Shown: positions 11,095-24,740, counted from the first letter of the stretch. The stretch is 64,000 bases of DNA from Eledone cirrhosa (GCA_964016885.1 OZ024741.1:136462001-136526000); one strand, 5' to 3'. Program-made: numbers and translations. The notes: a model not told the origin generated them from the letters alone.

Positions 11095-13089
11095 TTTCTC
11101 TCATCTTCTAGCGCTTTTTTCTTTCTTAATTCTCTCTCTTCACCCCCTTTTTCTTTCCTTCCTTCTCCCTCTTTTCTCCCTCCTTCTCTCTTTTCTCCCT
11201 TTGTCTTTCCTTCTGTCTCTTTCTCCCTTTATCTTTCCATCTCTTTTATTCTTCATATATTTCTATTTTCCTGCTAGTTCATTGCTAAGAATATCTTAAC
11301 ATGTTAGTTCCAAGTAGCCAAACATAAAAACTCTATACTAATGAAATTAGTAATTTTCGCGAAAAGTTATTTAAGTCAATGTTTTCCTAGTATTTCGTTG
11401 GATTTTTGTTAGCGTAAAGAATGGTGAGATTGAGCCAAAACTTGATTGGTAGAGAAGTGACTTCAAGAAATGGATAGGATATGGTTTGGAAGGGGTGCAA
11501 TGTTTGTAAATTTGATTACATTTCGCGTTTGGCACATGGATATGAAGGTTACTTAACCTTCATGGTGCTCGTGTCAACTTTCATTTTTCTTATTACATAT
11601 AAATTCATTGAAAGAGTCGCAGATGGCTAAGACCATTGAATTGCAATAATACAAATAATCCAAATCCACAAGTCTGCGCTATTGTCATATCATGTCACCG
11701 ATACTGTGTTGAGTTCAATGCCAATATATATTTAACTCCCGGCATCCCAGTCTTGTCATGCTATGCTATAGACCCTTAACTCATAATGAAGTCGTAGAGG
11801 CGCCTTCGTGACATTCGGCGTGTTGACTAGTGAATACTGATATGTGACTATAACGCTATCATATTTATAATCTATTTCATAGTTTGGTTCGTCAGTTTAT
11901 GTAGATGGTATATCGATATATTTATGTATCCATGGGGCCTTATCTCCTAAATGTGCTAGGGACGCCTTCATGTCAATCTGCGTGTCTTGAGCATTTAAAC
12001 CCAGCTAAATACTGCAGATATCTTCCAGAACCAATAGAAGTGAAAAAGAAATATAGACAAAGAATCAATTTAAGTACTGCACTGGTAAGGATGAAAGGTA
12101 AAGTTGACCTCGGTTGAACTTGACTGCAACGCCGGAACAGATACCGCAAAGCTTTCTATCCAGTGTTGTAACGACTCTGTCAATTAGCCACCCTATCCCA
12201 GCTTTACCTGGCTGTACATTTTTATTACAAGAAGGGATCCCTGTGAGGTGAAGTGGCTGTTGCAGCGGATGTCTCTGGCCCCTCTCTGCAGTGACGTCTT
12301 TGCCATTTTGTCCACGGGGCATGGCTGAGGTAGTGTTCAAACTGGGGTGTAGTATCTGTCCCTCCCTTCTCCCTTTCTTCCGTTCCTGGTTTTCATTTCT
12401 TTTTTTGTTGTTGTTCCTTTTAATGGTGTGTTTTATTTTTGTATAAACAGCTTTGTAAAATAAAATAAAATATTTTAAAATAAGGGAATAATGGGGTCTA
12501 TGTAAGCAGCTGGAATACGAGGAGAATATTTTATTCCTTATTTTTAGGTACTGTGTTCAGATGTTTCTGTGGGTATTACTTTGAAAGATTGAAGTTCGTC
12601 AGCGTAACTTCTAGATACACTACAGATTCAGCCAACAAATTAAATTCCTGATAGCTAATTGGGATTTTTTTTTTCGTTTTCTTTTTATCCGAGAATCCTC
12701 TACAGCTTACCTCAATTGATAGGTGCTGTCCTTTAACCCTGCCGTCCTTTCTTCCGTGCAAGAGGTTGACCGTACTGTTCTACCCACGGAACTGTGAGTT
12801 GAACTAGGATGATTTTCTTCATTTTTCAGACCACAGAACCATACCTGGTCTCAAAGTTGTCTAGAAGGCCTGGGGAAACTGCAACCTTTATCCTACCTAG
12901 ATCAACGATAAAAGTAAGACAAACTAAACAAAACTATAGTTCAAATTTTTAGCTTTTATTCCATATTTCGAGGTGAGGATCTCTTTTTCAAGAGAGAAGT
13001 AAAAGAATTGGAGTATGGTGTTGAAATATTATTTTAAATAAACTCTTTAGCCGTTTAAATGTATCTTTAAATGTATCGTGTTGTTTCAG

Positions 13090-13299
13090 GACGTACAGCA
13101 AGCCGCCAACGCTTAGGTTCAAAACGTAACTCAATCGCCGATCGCCGACGACCAAGTGACGTTTCATGTATGTCTGGTAGTGATGACGATGATGGAATTG
13201 GGATTGTGGAGCTTTCCGCCGAGAAGGCTAGTCGGGATATGATCGATGCATCAAGTGAATTGGACACGAAAAAACGAGAATCAATCAGTTCCATTGCAG
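13090..13299 (+). CDS. Internal coding exon of the host gene (putative KCNH/erg-like channel C-terminus)
   Basis: Acceptor ttgtttcag|, donor cag|gtact, 210 nt, open frame GRTASRQRLGSKRNSIADRRRPSDVS...KRESISSIA, phase 1 at both ends and compatible with the exon at 30739. Confidence 0.7.
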
Positions 13300-13857
13300 G
13301 TACTAATACTAATATACTATCCAATACTTATTTATATTTATTATGATAGGAGAAAATAATAATTTTGTTCTTAATATGTTAATCATTCATATATATGTAT
13401 ATATGCAGGGAGAGAGAGAGTTAATTCCACAACAAATTAACAAACCATTCTTGAGAACACGCGTTCTATCCTAAGGAATTTTCAACTGGTGTATGGTTAT
13501 AGCGAGAACAGTAACACACTATTTAATTGACTTTCCCTTCCCACAAAAGTGTTGTCCTTGTACCTAAGTGAGAAACTGTTATTACTGTAATTCATTGGTT
13601 TTACTTTCATTCCTCTTCAGTACATTTGAGTTCCTGCCTCATGATATAGTGTTTTATATTGTAGCGTGAATTACACCACATACATGTAATAGTTGACCCC
13701 ACGAATTTAACCTTAAAAAGTAGTCTAAAAGCATTTGACTTTTCCATAAGTATATATGGAATATATATATATATATATATGAATGAGGGTAAATATTATT
13801 ATCGATATATATTATTACACTTTGAAAATCTAAATAAGTGTTAGAAGTGTAATATCG

Positions 13858-13929
<72 letters not shown>

Positions 13930-14667
13930 GCACATACACATACACACACACACATGCACATGCGACCTTACATATATAAAGTGCCTTTCTGAATGACACA
14001 GCGCGTCACTGTGAAAAGAGAAAAATTTTAGTAAAATACAAACCTATACTATACATAATACGTCACAAAGCAGACGATCACTGATGGACGCTATGCCCAT
14101 AGCTAAAAAAAACTCACAGATAATATAGACAGATCAAAAAAAAAAAAAAACGAAAATAAACCTCCCGACTGATGAGATGTAAAGTTTCAATCCCGCCGGT
14201 AATATCTATAGCAATGACAATGATCCTAAATAATATTATGAGGCAATAACAAACACCAGCGTCACTTCATCCTGGATATAAGACTGTGAAGGTCAAGAAA
14301 TGTTGATGAGGAATTATCGAACTTTTTTTATCGATCGACATGATCCCAGACCTCATTCAGACCAAGGAAACAATGTTTCTATTGGTCTTTTAATTGCTGA
14401 TATTATCTACTGGTTGTAACTCAACGAAGAGTCTTGCTCAAGGACATAAACACATCGCCCGGTTTGGGAATCGAATTTGCAACCTCTCGATGCGAATCCA
14501 ATTCTCTAAGCCACGTGCCTTTTCTTTACTATTACAAATGGCAACAATTCCATACAAAATTAGAAAATATAATCTTCATGAATATAAAACCGAAAACATA
14601 GTCGTGTTTTAAATACAACGACACTCACATACACTCAGAGGCACGTACATACACACACACACACACA

Positions 14668-14784
<117 letters not shown>

Positions 14785-15259
14785 ATGTGTGTGTGTCACT
14801 TGAAATACTGAAACATATTTCTAAAGTTTAATTCAATGTTTTGCTGTTATTTTACATGCCCAATTTTCTAATGAATATGTCTCTTAAATGCATTTTTGTT
14901 TCAATTGAATTGTATATAATATTGTATATAATATATTAACGACGTTATAGTTAAATAATCATAACGTAAGTTTTTTTTTTTCTTTTTTTTTTCTTTAATT
15001 TTGGCAAATATTTGTTTGATTTTTGTTATTAAATTTACACTTAGAGCGAGAGATACATAGTCTGGAAGTTTCCGCTGCTCTCGTAAAATTTCGACTGCCA
15101 CTGCTCGGACGTGTCTATAATAGCAGTTATCTGTGTATCTAATTCTTCTAAGCTTTTTTCCCTGAGGAAATTTCGTCAGGAATTTAGATATACGATCATG
15201 GGGCTTAGGAGAGGGAGTTATATGAGCTTTATCGTGAGCATACGTTTGAAATGCGAGCT

Positions 15260-15441
15260 GATGGATTGGCAATATCGGTAGAGGGTCTGACGCCATGCTT
15301 TGCAGCAAAGAGTTACGGCCCTTTATGGTCTGAGTTCTAATCCCGCCGAGGTTAACTTTGTCTTTCATCCTTACGGGGTCGATAAAATAAAGTACCAGTA
15401 ATGTACTGGGTAATTGCTGACCTTGTGCAAAATGTAGAAAC
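15260..15441 (+). mobile_element. Meta-domain SINE copy
   Basis: Same consensus as 1697-2291. Confidence 0.85.
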
Positions 15442-15493
15442 AATTATTTTGACAGCTTAATTCAACCATATACATATATACATGTATATATAT

Positions 15494-15985
15494 ATATTGT
15501 TATACTTGGGGAGGGTCATATTTGTGTAATAATATTGCCAGAATTAATAACAGAACACACTCACTGTTTGGTTGGTTTTCGGTTCTGTGTCTTTTATATC
15601 GGTTAATTTAATTTATTCGGTCCTCAGTGTTACAGACTAAATAAACAGACTAAATAAAGATGGCGTAGGCATACAATGCAACGGGAGGAAACGTAATAGC
15701 ACGACTGACGATGTTGCAGATGTGCAACGAAAGAAGTTTGTTAGACTATATATATGTGTTTGTGTCTATATTGTATCTGTCAGTCAACGGTAACATTGAG
15801 GACCGAATAAATTAAATTAACCGATATAAAAGACACAGAAGCGAAAACCAACCAAACAGTGAGTGTGTTCTGTTATTAATTCTGGCAATATTATTACACA
15901 AATATGACCCTCCCCAAGTATAACAATATTTGTTTCGACACACGATTTTATATCAAATACCTCGCAAAACTAATTCATCGCCGTT
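15494..15985. mobile_element. Fold-back element (family D) with an HHR-like core in the spacer
   Basis: Arms 15494-15633 / 15790-15929 with a right tail, TA-flanked. The spacer has CTGACGA t gttgca gatg tgcaac GAAA at 15705-15732. Confidence 0.7.
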
Positions 15986-16166
15986 ATATATATATATATA
16001 TATATATATAGATTTTGAGTTTATGTTGGTTGTATACCAACACCTCAGTATGCAGGCTGGAGCACTCGACGAAGTGCGCAGGTTGGTTTGGTTACTCCGC
16101 AGTAGTGTAAAATAAAGTTAAATAAAAGTCAAATGATTAAAAAATCATTTGAATTTTATTTAACTT

Positions 16167-16244
<78 letters not shown>

Positions 16245-16295
16245 ATATATTATATATATATATATATAAATATATAAATATATATATATATATAA

Positions 16296-16339
<44 letters not shown>

Positions 16340-16652
16340 GGGTGTGTGTGCGTGCGTGCGTATATTCATATAATATCTATCTATATATGCGCATATATAT
16401 AAATCAGTGAAAATATTTGATAAGGTATGATGTTGTGAATGAAGAAAACCGACGTTTTAAGCGCAAGTCCCTCATCCCGGAAAAGAGAGCAATGAGCTTC
16501 CTTTTAGAAAAGGAGTTAGAATAAAAAGTTGTGATGGATGATAGTGTGCGCTGAATTGCCCTTGTGTGGAAGGGAAGGGAATTGATGAGTGAAAGAGATG
16601 CTTAAAAAGATTGCGAAGGGGAGATAGAATGTGTCCGAGTGGATAGAGAGTG

Positions 16653-16689
<37 letters not shown>

Positions 16690-16800
16690 TGAATATGTAT
16701 AATAAAGCCAAAACAATGCAGGTATGGACATAGAAAAAAGAATGCAATTGCAAAAGATATTGTTGACAATTCGTCTTTTACCTTAGATTTATTTAAATGT

Positions 16801-16835
16801 CCTTAATTTTCGAGATAATATCTCTTCTTCAGAGG
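16801..16835 (-). ncRNA. Minimal type I HHR motif
   Basis: cct CTGAAGA a gagat-att-atctc GAAA at TA agg. Stem I cct/agg, palindromic stem III AATT. Confidence 0.65.
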
Positions 16836-17052
16836 GAAATAAAGGTCTCAAACCAGCGTTCTAAATATCTTGCCAAGCCATGCTAACAGGAGATAGTATA
16901 GAGTATCTGTTCTATCTCTAATGTCAAAGAGTTAAAATTAGGTGGATAAAGAGTAGTCTCCCTTTAAAAGGGGTTTGTTTATTGTTCTTTTTATATATAT
17001 ATACATGCCTGTTTAAGTGTGTGGGAGAATGCATGAAGGTGTAAGTATGTGA

Positions 17053-17107
<55 letters not shown>

Positions 17108-17311
17108 GCGAGAGAGATGAGGGGGCGATGGAGAGAGAGAAATAATGGTAAGAGCATTTGTGCAAGAAGGCAGGTAAGGTTCAAAATTACCGGAAAATAT
17201 TAAGGAAACATTTTGCGGCGGCAACAATTTGCAAGAGGACGAAAGATCAACGAAACCCCAAAAATAGTAAAGCAAACATTAAAAAAGTACACATACATAC
17301 ACATATATATA

Positions 17312-17351
<40 letters not shown>

Positions 17352-17382
17352 AGTGTGTGTATGTATATAATGTATGTATTCA

Positions 17383-17415
<33 letters not shown>

Positions 17416-17857
17416 TTAAATATAATTGGTGTTGGATGCTTAAAGCGTCCGTATGCGGTAGGCCGTATAAGCACTCGATGCTCTCATAGAGTAGAGTATG
17501 ATATCACAGAAAAAAAGAGAATCAGTGTTGCGACGAATGGAATTTATTGGACATATTACAATCGTTTCTCTGGCGACCAGCTCGAGGCATGATCGATGTG
17601 ATGATCGAACCTGACACTCAAAATCGCAAGGTTCACAGATACGTCTTGATTCTACGAAGCAGATTTTCCTAGGAAAATCTGCCTCGTAGAATCAAGACGT
17701 GATTCTACGAATCAAGACGTGAACCTTGCGATTTTGAGAGTCAGGTTCGATATCATCACATCGATCGTGCTTCGAGCTGGTCGCCAGAGAAACGATTGTA
17801 ATATGTCCAATAAATTCTATTCGTCGCAACACTGATTCTCTTTTTTTCCTGTGATAT
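17416..17857. mobile_element. Fold-back element (family E)
   Basis: Arms 17501-17670 / 17671-17857 with apex ttcctaggaa and an ~85-nt left tail, flanked by (TA)n. Confidence 0.8.
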
Positions 17858-17880
17858 ATATATATATACATATATAAGGT

Positions 17881-18088
17881 AAACAGAAATAACAACGCAA
17901 ATGGTACAATATATGGAAGGAATATATTAGTTTAACGCTTGAAATAGCAGGAAGAGGGTATTAACGTTTCGGACGCTAGTCCTTCATCAGAAGAAAGAAT
18001 GAGAAATTAGAAAGATTGAAGGGACGGACAGGGCGAATCAGAAAATCTTTTTTTAGAGAAAAATAACAGGTCCATTCATGTAGCCATC
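17881..18088 (-). mobile_element. PLE-like 3' fragment (family F) with HHR core at 17963-17992
   Basis: Diverged homologue of 53056-53278. The - strand reads CTGATGA a ggac tagc gtcc GAAA cgtt. Confidence 0.7.
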
Positions 18089-18146
18089 ACATAGTAAATT
18101 AATGAATTAAATTAAATGAACTATTAAGTGAAAGTAAAAGTTTCGC

Positions 18147-18410
18147 CTCACAACTATGTAGCTTAAGCTGGCCTTCTACGAGGTTGTACCTCTTAGTATA
18201 TTTTAATGATAGGACCTTTAATCCTACTATGTTGTTGTTCCAGCTCACACCTATGTAGGTGTAGCTGGCCTCTGATGAGGTTATCTCATGGAAGCCTTTT
18301 GGAATGTTTTAATAATAGGTGTTTCAGTCCTATTATATTGTTGTTCCAGCTAATACCTACATAGGTGCATCTGGCCTCTTACAAGGTTGCATCTCATAGA
18401 AGCTTTCTTG
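18147..18410. repeat. Degenerate ~100-bp tandem repeat (about 2.5 units), with a related solo unit at 58270-58363
   Basis: Units start at ~18147, 18244 and 18350 and share ct(c/a)a(c/t)a(c/a)cta..tag...ctggcct; the first two end in ttgttgttccag. Confidence 0.7.
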
Positions 18411-20217
18411 TGTGTTTTGATATTTTAATCTCAGTCGCCAGAGAGGTGTTTTCACTGCTCAACTAAGACGACACTGACTAACAGACTGCTAACTGCTGAG
18501 GGCCAGAGGCATGGTTTCATGGATCAGTTAAGGTGAATTCCATTTTCGTCAATATTTATACAGCAGCTATGACTTCATCTTGATGTGCCATTGTTTTCAG
18601 CTGTATATTTTTAAAGGGTGGATGAACTCCTCAGGGTCAACAGCTATCCACCTTCACTATCTGTTAAATAACTTCACCAACTCGCAATTGGCCAAGCGTT
18701 GTGAGTACAGCTACACACTTGAAAACATGTCCAAATAAAGGAGGGGCGGAGGTCAACCAAGGTTAGGTTACTCTAACAGGAGTAAGAAAGCCTTAGATCG
18801 GATAATTTTGACCAGCACAACGGCCACGGGCGACTATCTAAATGCACGCATAGCTATTCTGCCTCTGCTTGATACCTTATTTCAAGCAAAAGGTGTGTCA
18901 TATATGCATGGAATGCAGGATACTATCATTTAAACATGTTTATCTTATTGAAAAGACAGAAAAAGAACAAGGCATACATGACAAAAATATATTGTATATA
19001 CAAATGATATATACTATCTAAGTTTATATATCTAAGATTACTTTTCTGTACATAAACCCCTTTGATCAGAGCTAACCATGAGTATCCACTCGAGAGATAC
19101 CTCACCGATGCAAGAAGACAAATATGCCAGTTGCCCTTATCCACGACACCGCTGTTGCACATGGAAAGGGAATATCTGATACAGCTTTGTACCAGCATCG
19201 TCTCAAATATTTTTCTTTCAGCTGAGTGGGCTGAAGCAACATGAAATATAGTGTCTTGCTCAGGCGGACAATGCGTTGTTATGTTCGAAAATCAAAATCA
19301 GGACCTTAACATCGTGAGCCCAATACACTAACCACTAAGCCACTCTCTTTCTGTAGATAATAAAAAATTTAAAAATACACTAGTTATGTTGTTATATAGC
19401 TTAAAATAATATTACTATAAGTGAGATTAAATACTACTGCGAGACAGAACACTGCCCGACCAATGTAGATTCATTCAGTCAGGTTTGACAGCAAATCTTC
19501 GTGATGTTTTGTAATAAAATAAGTAATGTAGATCACGACATTGACATGTAACTGCCGCCAGTAGAAATAGCTTCTTGTTAGGAATAAATCATTGGCTGTA
19601 CCAGTGATGCAACACTTCTGACAGCAGCCATTATCAGAGAGAAAAACAATGAAACATGTTGATTAAGAATGAAAAGCAACTTACCATGGAAATCGAAGCG
19701 GCAACAGCGATGTCCCCAAGGAGTCAATTTCATTAAAGCTAGTGTATAAACATACGAGCACATAATACAAATATCGATCATCCATCATATAGGAGCAGTG
19801 TATATTCCTCCTCAGCGTTGAGAAACAACAAATTTATCACCATTAAAGCAAGCAACTAACATAAGTGTTAAAAGTACAGATAAATCTCTTGTATTTAACA
19901 CAAAGACAGTCTGTTGAGCTGCTATAAAAATCCTAATCACCACATAATGAATTTTCCTTTAGCTATCGTTTTCTGTCTGTTTTCCATGCTTGCTGGAGTT
20001 TGACGAAACCCGGAGCTTATCCATCCTGTTCATAAGGTCACAGGTTCAATACACAGACCAGCAGACGCATTGTTTTTTTTAAGTTCACTTAACTGAAAAT
20101 GAGTACCAGCAGCAACTGAGAATTAGGCTTTTGAAGAATTAGAGTATGTCTGAGCTTTCTTTAACCTGTGTAAGCATGGAAAATGGAAACAAATTAACTA
20201 CTCTAGGTAATAAAGGT

Positions 20218-20420
20218 TTCTAATTTAGGCACAAGGCCAACAATTTTGGGGGAGGGGAAAATCGATTAAATCGACCCCAGTTTGTTATTGGTACTTATGT
20301 TATCGACCCCGTAAGAATGAAAGGCAAAGCCAACTTTGGTGGCATTTGAACTTAGAACGGAAAAGGACATAACTCTATGCCGCAAAGCATGTTGTCCGAA
20401 ACTCTACTGATACTGTCAAA
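20218..20420 (-). mobile_element. Meta-domain SINE copy
   Basis: Reverse complement of the SINE consensus (ggtacttatgttatcgaccccgtaagaatgaaaggcaaag). Confidence 0.8.
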
Positions 20421-20799
20421 TCTCTCTACACATGTCGAAATACTTTAATTCGCAAATGACTGTTATTCTTCTCTTAGTATTCCTTATTAAACAAGTTCTG
20501 TCTCTCAAGTGTTATCAAATTATTTATATACCATCATATTGTCCCTGACTTATTAATGACGTGAATCAAACTTACTGCAATAACACGAAAGAGGAAACAT
20601 CTATGTGACTGCTATACTTGTTAGAAATAGCATCTAAATTGATCTCAAATTACACCTTAACTATTATTCTTCAAGACCGAACACCTTGACTAGTTGGACA
20701 TTTAGTGCACTGTCTAGGAAAGGGGTTGCATAGTCACAGCTGTAATCAAAACCTCAAACAAAACAAAATGCTAAATTTCACACACGTCTAGCCACTGAT

Positions 20800-21770
20800 T
20801 ATAGACGCATAACAGAAATTGATTCCAAATAGAAGCATAATCTAACAATCTAACTAAATAATGACAACACTAAAAGACAACATTCCAATGTTTTATACAC
20901 ACTAAAACTTAGGAAAAATAACAGAAAATAGGAAATATTTTATATCTACCAAAGACCAATACACAATGTAAAATTATTATACAAATAATTAACGTCAACC
21001 ACTCAGAGAGACCATAACACATCATAAACAGACGTAGCTGCATCAACTGGCATAAAAGTATATCGATTAATATTCTAATCAAGCAATTCAATAAAATCAA
21101 TGGTCACAAACTAAAGAAGCAATATCACAAGCCACGCTTAAAAACAGCCATTGCAAACTACAGTTATATACATTATATTTACTCCATATGTTTCTAGTAT
21201 TACGTGCAATATATAGAATTAGGCAAATGAAGTATGGAAACCAAACGAAAGCCCAACATACCTACCAATTAGCTTCCCCTAGAACCATTGAAATTTCTCG
21301 AGAAACACGTTAACTGCTCTCTTCCCGACACCCACCACGTGTTCTATCCCGTCTGTTCAGCCATTGATCATTCTCAACGAATATTGAATGCATTCAAAAG
21401 ACAGAATGCCCATTATCCACTTTTCCAACCCCAAACCACATCAATAAAAATGTTCATCAATACTGCTATATTGCTGGCACACACTCTCGAGCCTTATATT
21501 CCATCATTCTTAGAAAAACCACAAATCGATGACTGATCAATGGACACCATGTACTCCTCCAATCAAACATATTCATTAAAATAACGCTATCTAAACCCAT
21601 GGAGGACAGGGCAAACATCACAGTCAAACAATATCCCGTGCTCGTATGTGAGCACATTTTAAGGCATTGCATTAAACTCGTACAAATCATCCAAACAAAG
21701 CAATCTAGATACTTTAGTAAAAGAACTATCACGTTTATCCAACCACAAACTAGGGTAGATTTGACCAGAA
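20800..21770 (+). mobile_element. Highly degenerate LINE RT remnant
   Basis: A/C-rich strand bias and a KPNESPTYLPISF-like stretch near 21238 resembling the K....YRPISL RT motif. Many stops. Confidence 0.3.
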
Positions 21771-22089
21771 TAAGGAAACGTAGGACTAGTTTAAGGCGGC
21801 AAATTGGCAGAGTCATTAGAACATCGGACAGAACACTTTGTGATATTCGCTTCGGCTTTCTGCACACTTAGATCAAATTCTGCCGTAGTAAACTTTCTCT
21901 TTCATCCTTTCTACGTCGATGATTGAAGTACCAGTTCAGTACTGGGGTTAAATTATAATTATATTTATTTCACACTTCTCTCTCAAATAACAAATTCGAA
22001 TATTTTAATTTATAATTTCAACAATATTTTTCGTTAAAATAGTTCCTTACTCTCTCTATCTATCTATCTATGCCTATCTCTCTCTCTCC

Positions 22090-22187
<98 letters not shown>

Positions 22188-22675
22188 GGAAGAAATTCGC
22201 TATGTTCATACGTGGAGAGTAATGAGTTCCGCCAGGTTTAAATACCCAAGACATGTCATATATCGCTACGGCACAATCAACAGCTAAATGCTAGGTGGGT
22301 GTAGAGTCACAGCAGCTAGTTTAGTAACATTTAATCACATCAATTTCGCGAACGTAGACAGAAAACTGGTGCGAATATTTATCCAAATTAAGAAGAACAA
22401 ATCAGTTTTGTCCGTGTTTCTATTTGCTATATATAGCTATCTATCCATGAGCTCTTAACGTCTGATGGAATCTCAGGCGCACCGTTGTGATAGACACATC
22501 AGAACCCAAGAATATAACAAAGAACAGTTAATGATGAATTATTATACAAATAATTAAGGTTAACTACACAAACAGGGCATAAAATATGATAAATGAAAGT
22601 AACAGCTCGTACAGTCATAAAGAATATATGAGCATTTAAACTTAGTGCAGCCTATACACTCTCCAAGTCTCTCTA

Positions 22676-22724
<49 letters not shown>

Positions 22725-22882
22725 GAATTATTGGTGGACATGAGAAAAAGTACTCAATACCGAAGTAGAGTTTAAATATACATTTAATGGCTAAACTAAA
22801 TGGTCAGCCGTTTACGAATGTGCAGGTGAAACTCCAGAATAACAAGGCTCACCACTTAGCCATTAAGTGAATAGATATATAC

Positions 22883-23085
<203 letters not shown>

Positions 23086-23465
23086 TACACAGATCTATCA
23101 GAAATCCTTGCCCGATATTACCCGCAAAATTAATAACGAATAATTAGAATTAATAAACTAATGCATTAGTCTTTCAATAATTCGTAGAATTATAATTAGT
23201 CAAAATCGATAGAGAATATTTAATTATTTTTTTTACACTGAACGATTCAACTAGTATGATTAATTCACGAACATAATTACCAAAAAGTAACACTAGAAAT
23301 CTGTTTTATATAAAATGTTTAATGTATTGAATTCTGATTATATGAATGTGAAAAATAAAATAGAGCATTTGTTAATTTGAATTTATACATATGTATATAT
23401 ATGTGTGTGTGTATATATATATGTGTGTGTGTGCGTATATGTATGTATGCATATATATATATAGT

Positions 23466-23725
23466 TGGTGCTACTGGTAACATGTATTCCAGTACAACCT
23501 GTCCCATGGTCGGGTCGTTGCTGACTAAACTGGCAACCCCACCAAGGTTTCTTGGTGAGGAGGGTGACTTTGGACGTCCTGCAGGACTAAAAACAAAACC
23601 TGTCAAAGGGCAAAGGAGCTCTTAAGAGTCAATGGCCATCCAAAATCATCGGGAGAGATGACCCCTTAGCCTTTGTCAAGGCAGAATTCTAGGAGAAGGA
23701 AAACTCTGATATAACACCTGCAACC
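23466..23725 (+). mobile_element. Probable RTE-type LINE 5' UTR fragment
   Basis: Contains aaactggcaacccc and tctaggagaaggaaaactctga, recalled as RTE/BovB-like 5' motifs. Not verified by search. Confidence 0.4.
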
Positions 23726-24054
23726 CTGATGGTATCCAATGATGTTGACTTGTTCTTCTTTTTGGTAAATATCATCTTGGTTAAGAGAGTGGGACTGGCT
23801 TTGTGCAGTACCTTTGCTCACTATAAAAGCTTCACGGCACAGGCATTGCTTTATTTCTGGAGATCTCCCTTTACTTGTCGTCACATGTTACCATTGGCCC
23901 AGCACTATGTGTCAATAATTGTCACAAGCGTAGTGTTTGTACCAGAGTTTTCAAGTCAATGGCTGGACTAAAAATCACACTCGTAGGGGTTCGGTAGGGG
24001 TTCTCCTATATGGATATAAGGTAGTGGCCGTACTCGAAAACGAGTTGGCAGCCA

Positions 24055-24110
<56 letters not shown>

Positions 24111-24112
<2 letters not shown>

Positions 24113-24689
24113 GGAAAAAATGAAACGAAATTTCATTTCTCACTCTTAGTACGGCTGTTACTTAAATATAAGTATGTATACGTACATACATATATGTATA
24201 TATATATACATACATGCACACATATATATATGTACGTATGGATTTACCGAACATTTACTATAATGCTCGGTTTGTTTGTAAACAAACATCCCGAATTAAG
24301 CCGTACAGTGTTTAGCAACCATCGTTGCCTTTTTGTTCAACACTGACAAAGGAACGATGTACTAGTTTCAAGCGTATTAGCTATAGTCAGCACCGTATAC
24401 CTTCCTTCCAGATGATTGAACGTCTGAAAGTATATACTTTCCTTATGCATATTAACGGCTGAGCAGCCTAATTTGCATATCGAGTGAGTTAATCGGCCGG
24501 GCGCACCGAAAACGATAAATGGAAAAGAATGAAACGAAATTTCATTTCTCACTCTTAGTACGGCTGTTACTTAAATATAAGTATGTATACGTACATACAT
24601 ATATGTATACAGACGTACAGTAGTATGTATATATATACATACATGCACACATATATATATGTACGTATGGATTTACCGAACATTTATTA

Positions 24690-24693
<4 letters not shown>
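24111..24693 (-). mobile_element. Partial-tandem (retrozyme-like) element with an HHR motif at 24355-24395
   Basis: Direct repeats 24111-24264 / 24519-24693, TA-flanked. The - strand reads cggtg CTGACTA t agc taatac gct t GAAA ctag TA catcg. Confidence 0.7.

Positions 24694-24740
<47 letters not shown>

Noticed and set aside
12830-12913. 84-nt segment with good acceptor and donor
   Set aside because: Only the phase 0-0 frame is open, which is incompatible with the phase 1 exon at 13090. It cannot be supported without RNA-seq.
14169-14200. Isolated CTGANGA heptamers (also 11890, 18272, 28798, 36689, 46290, 57322)
   Set aside because: No properly placed GAAA with stems I-III; expected by chance.
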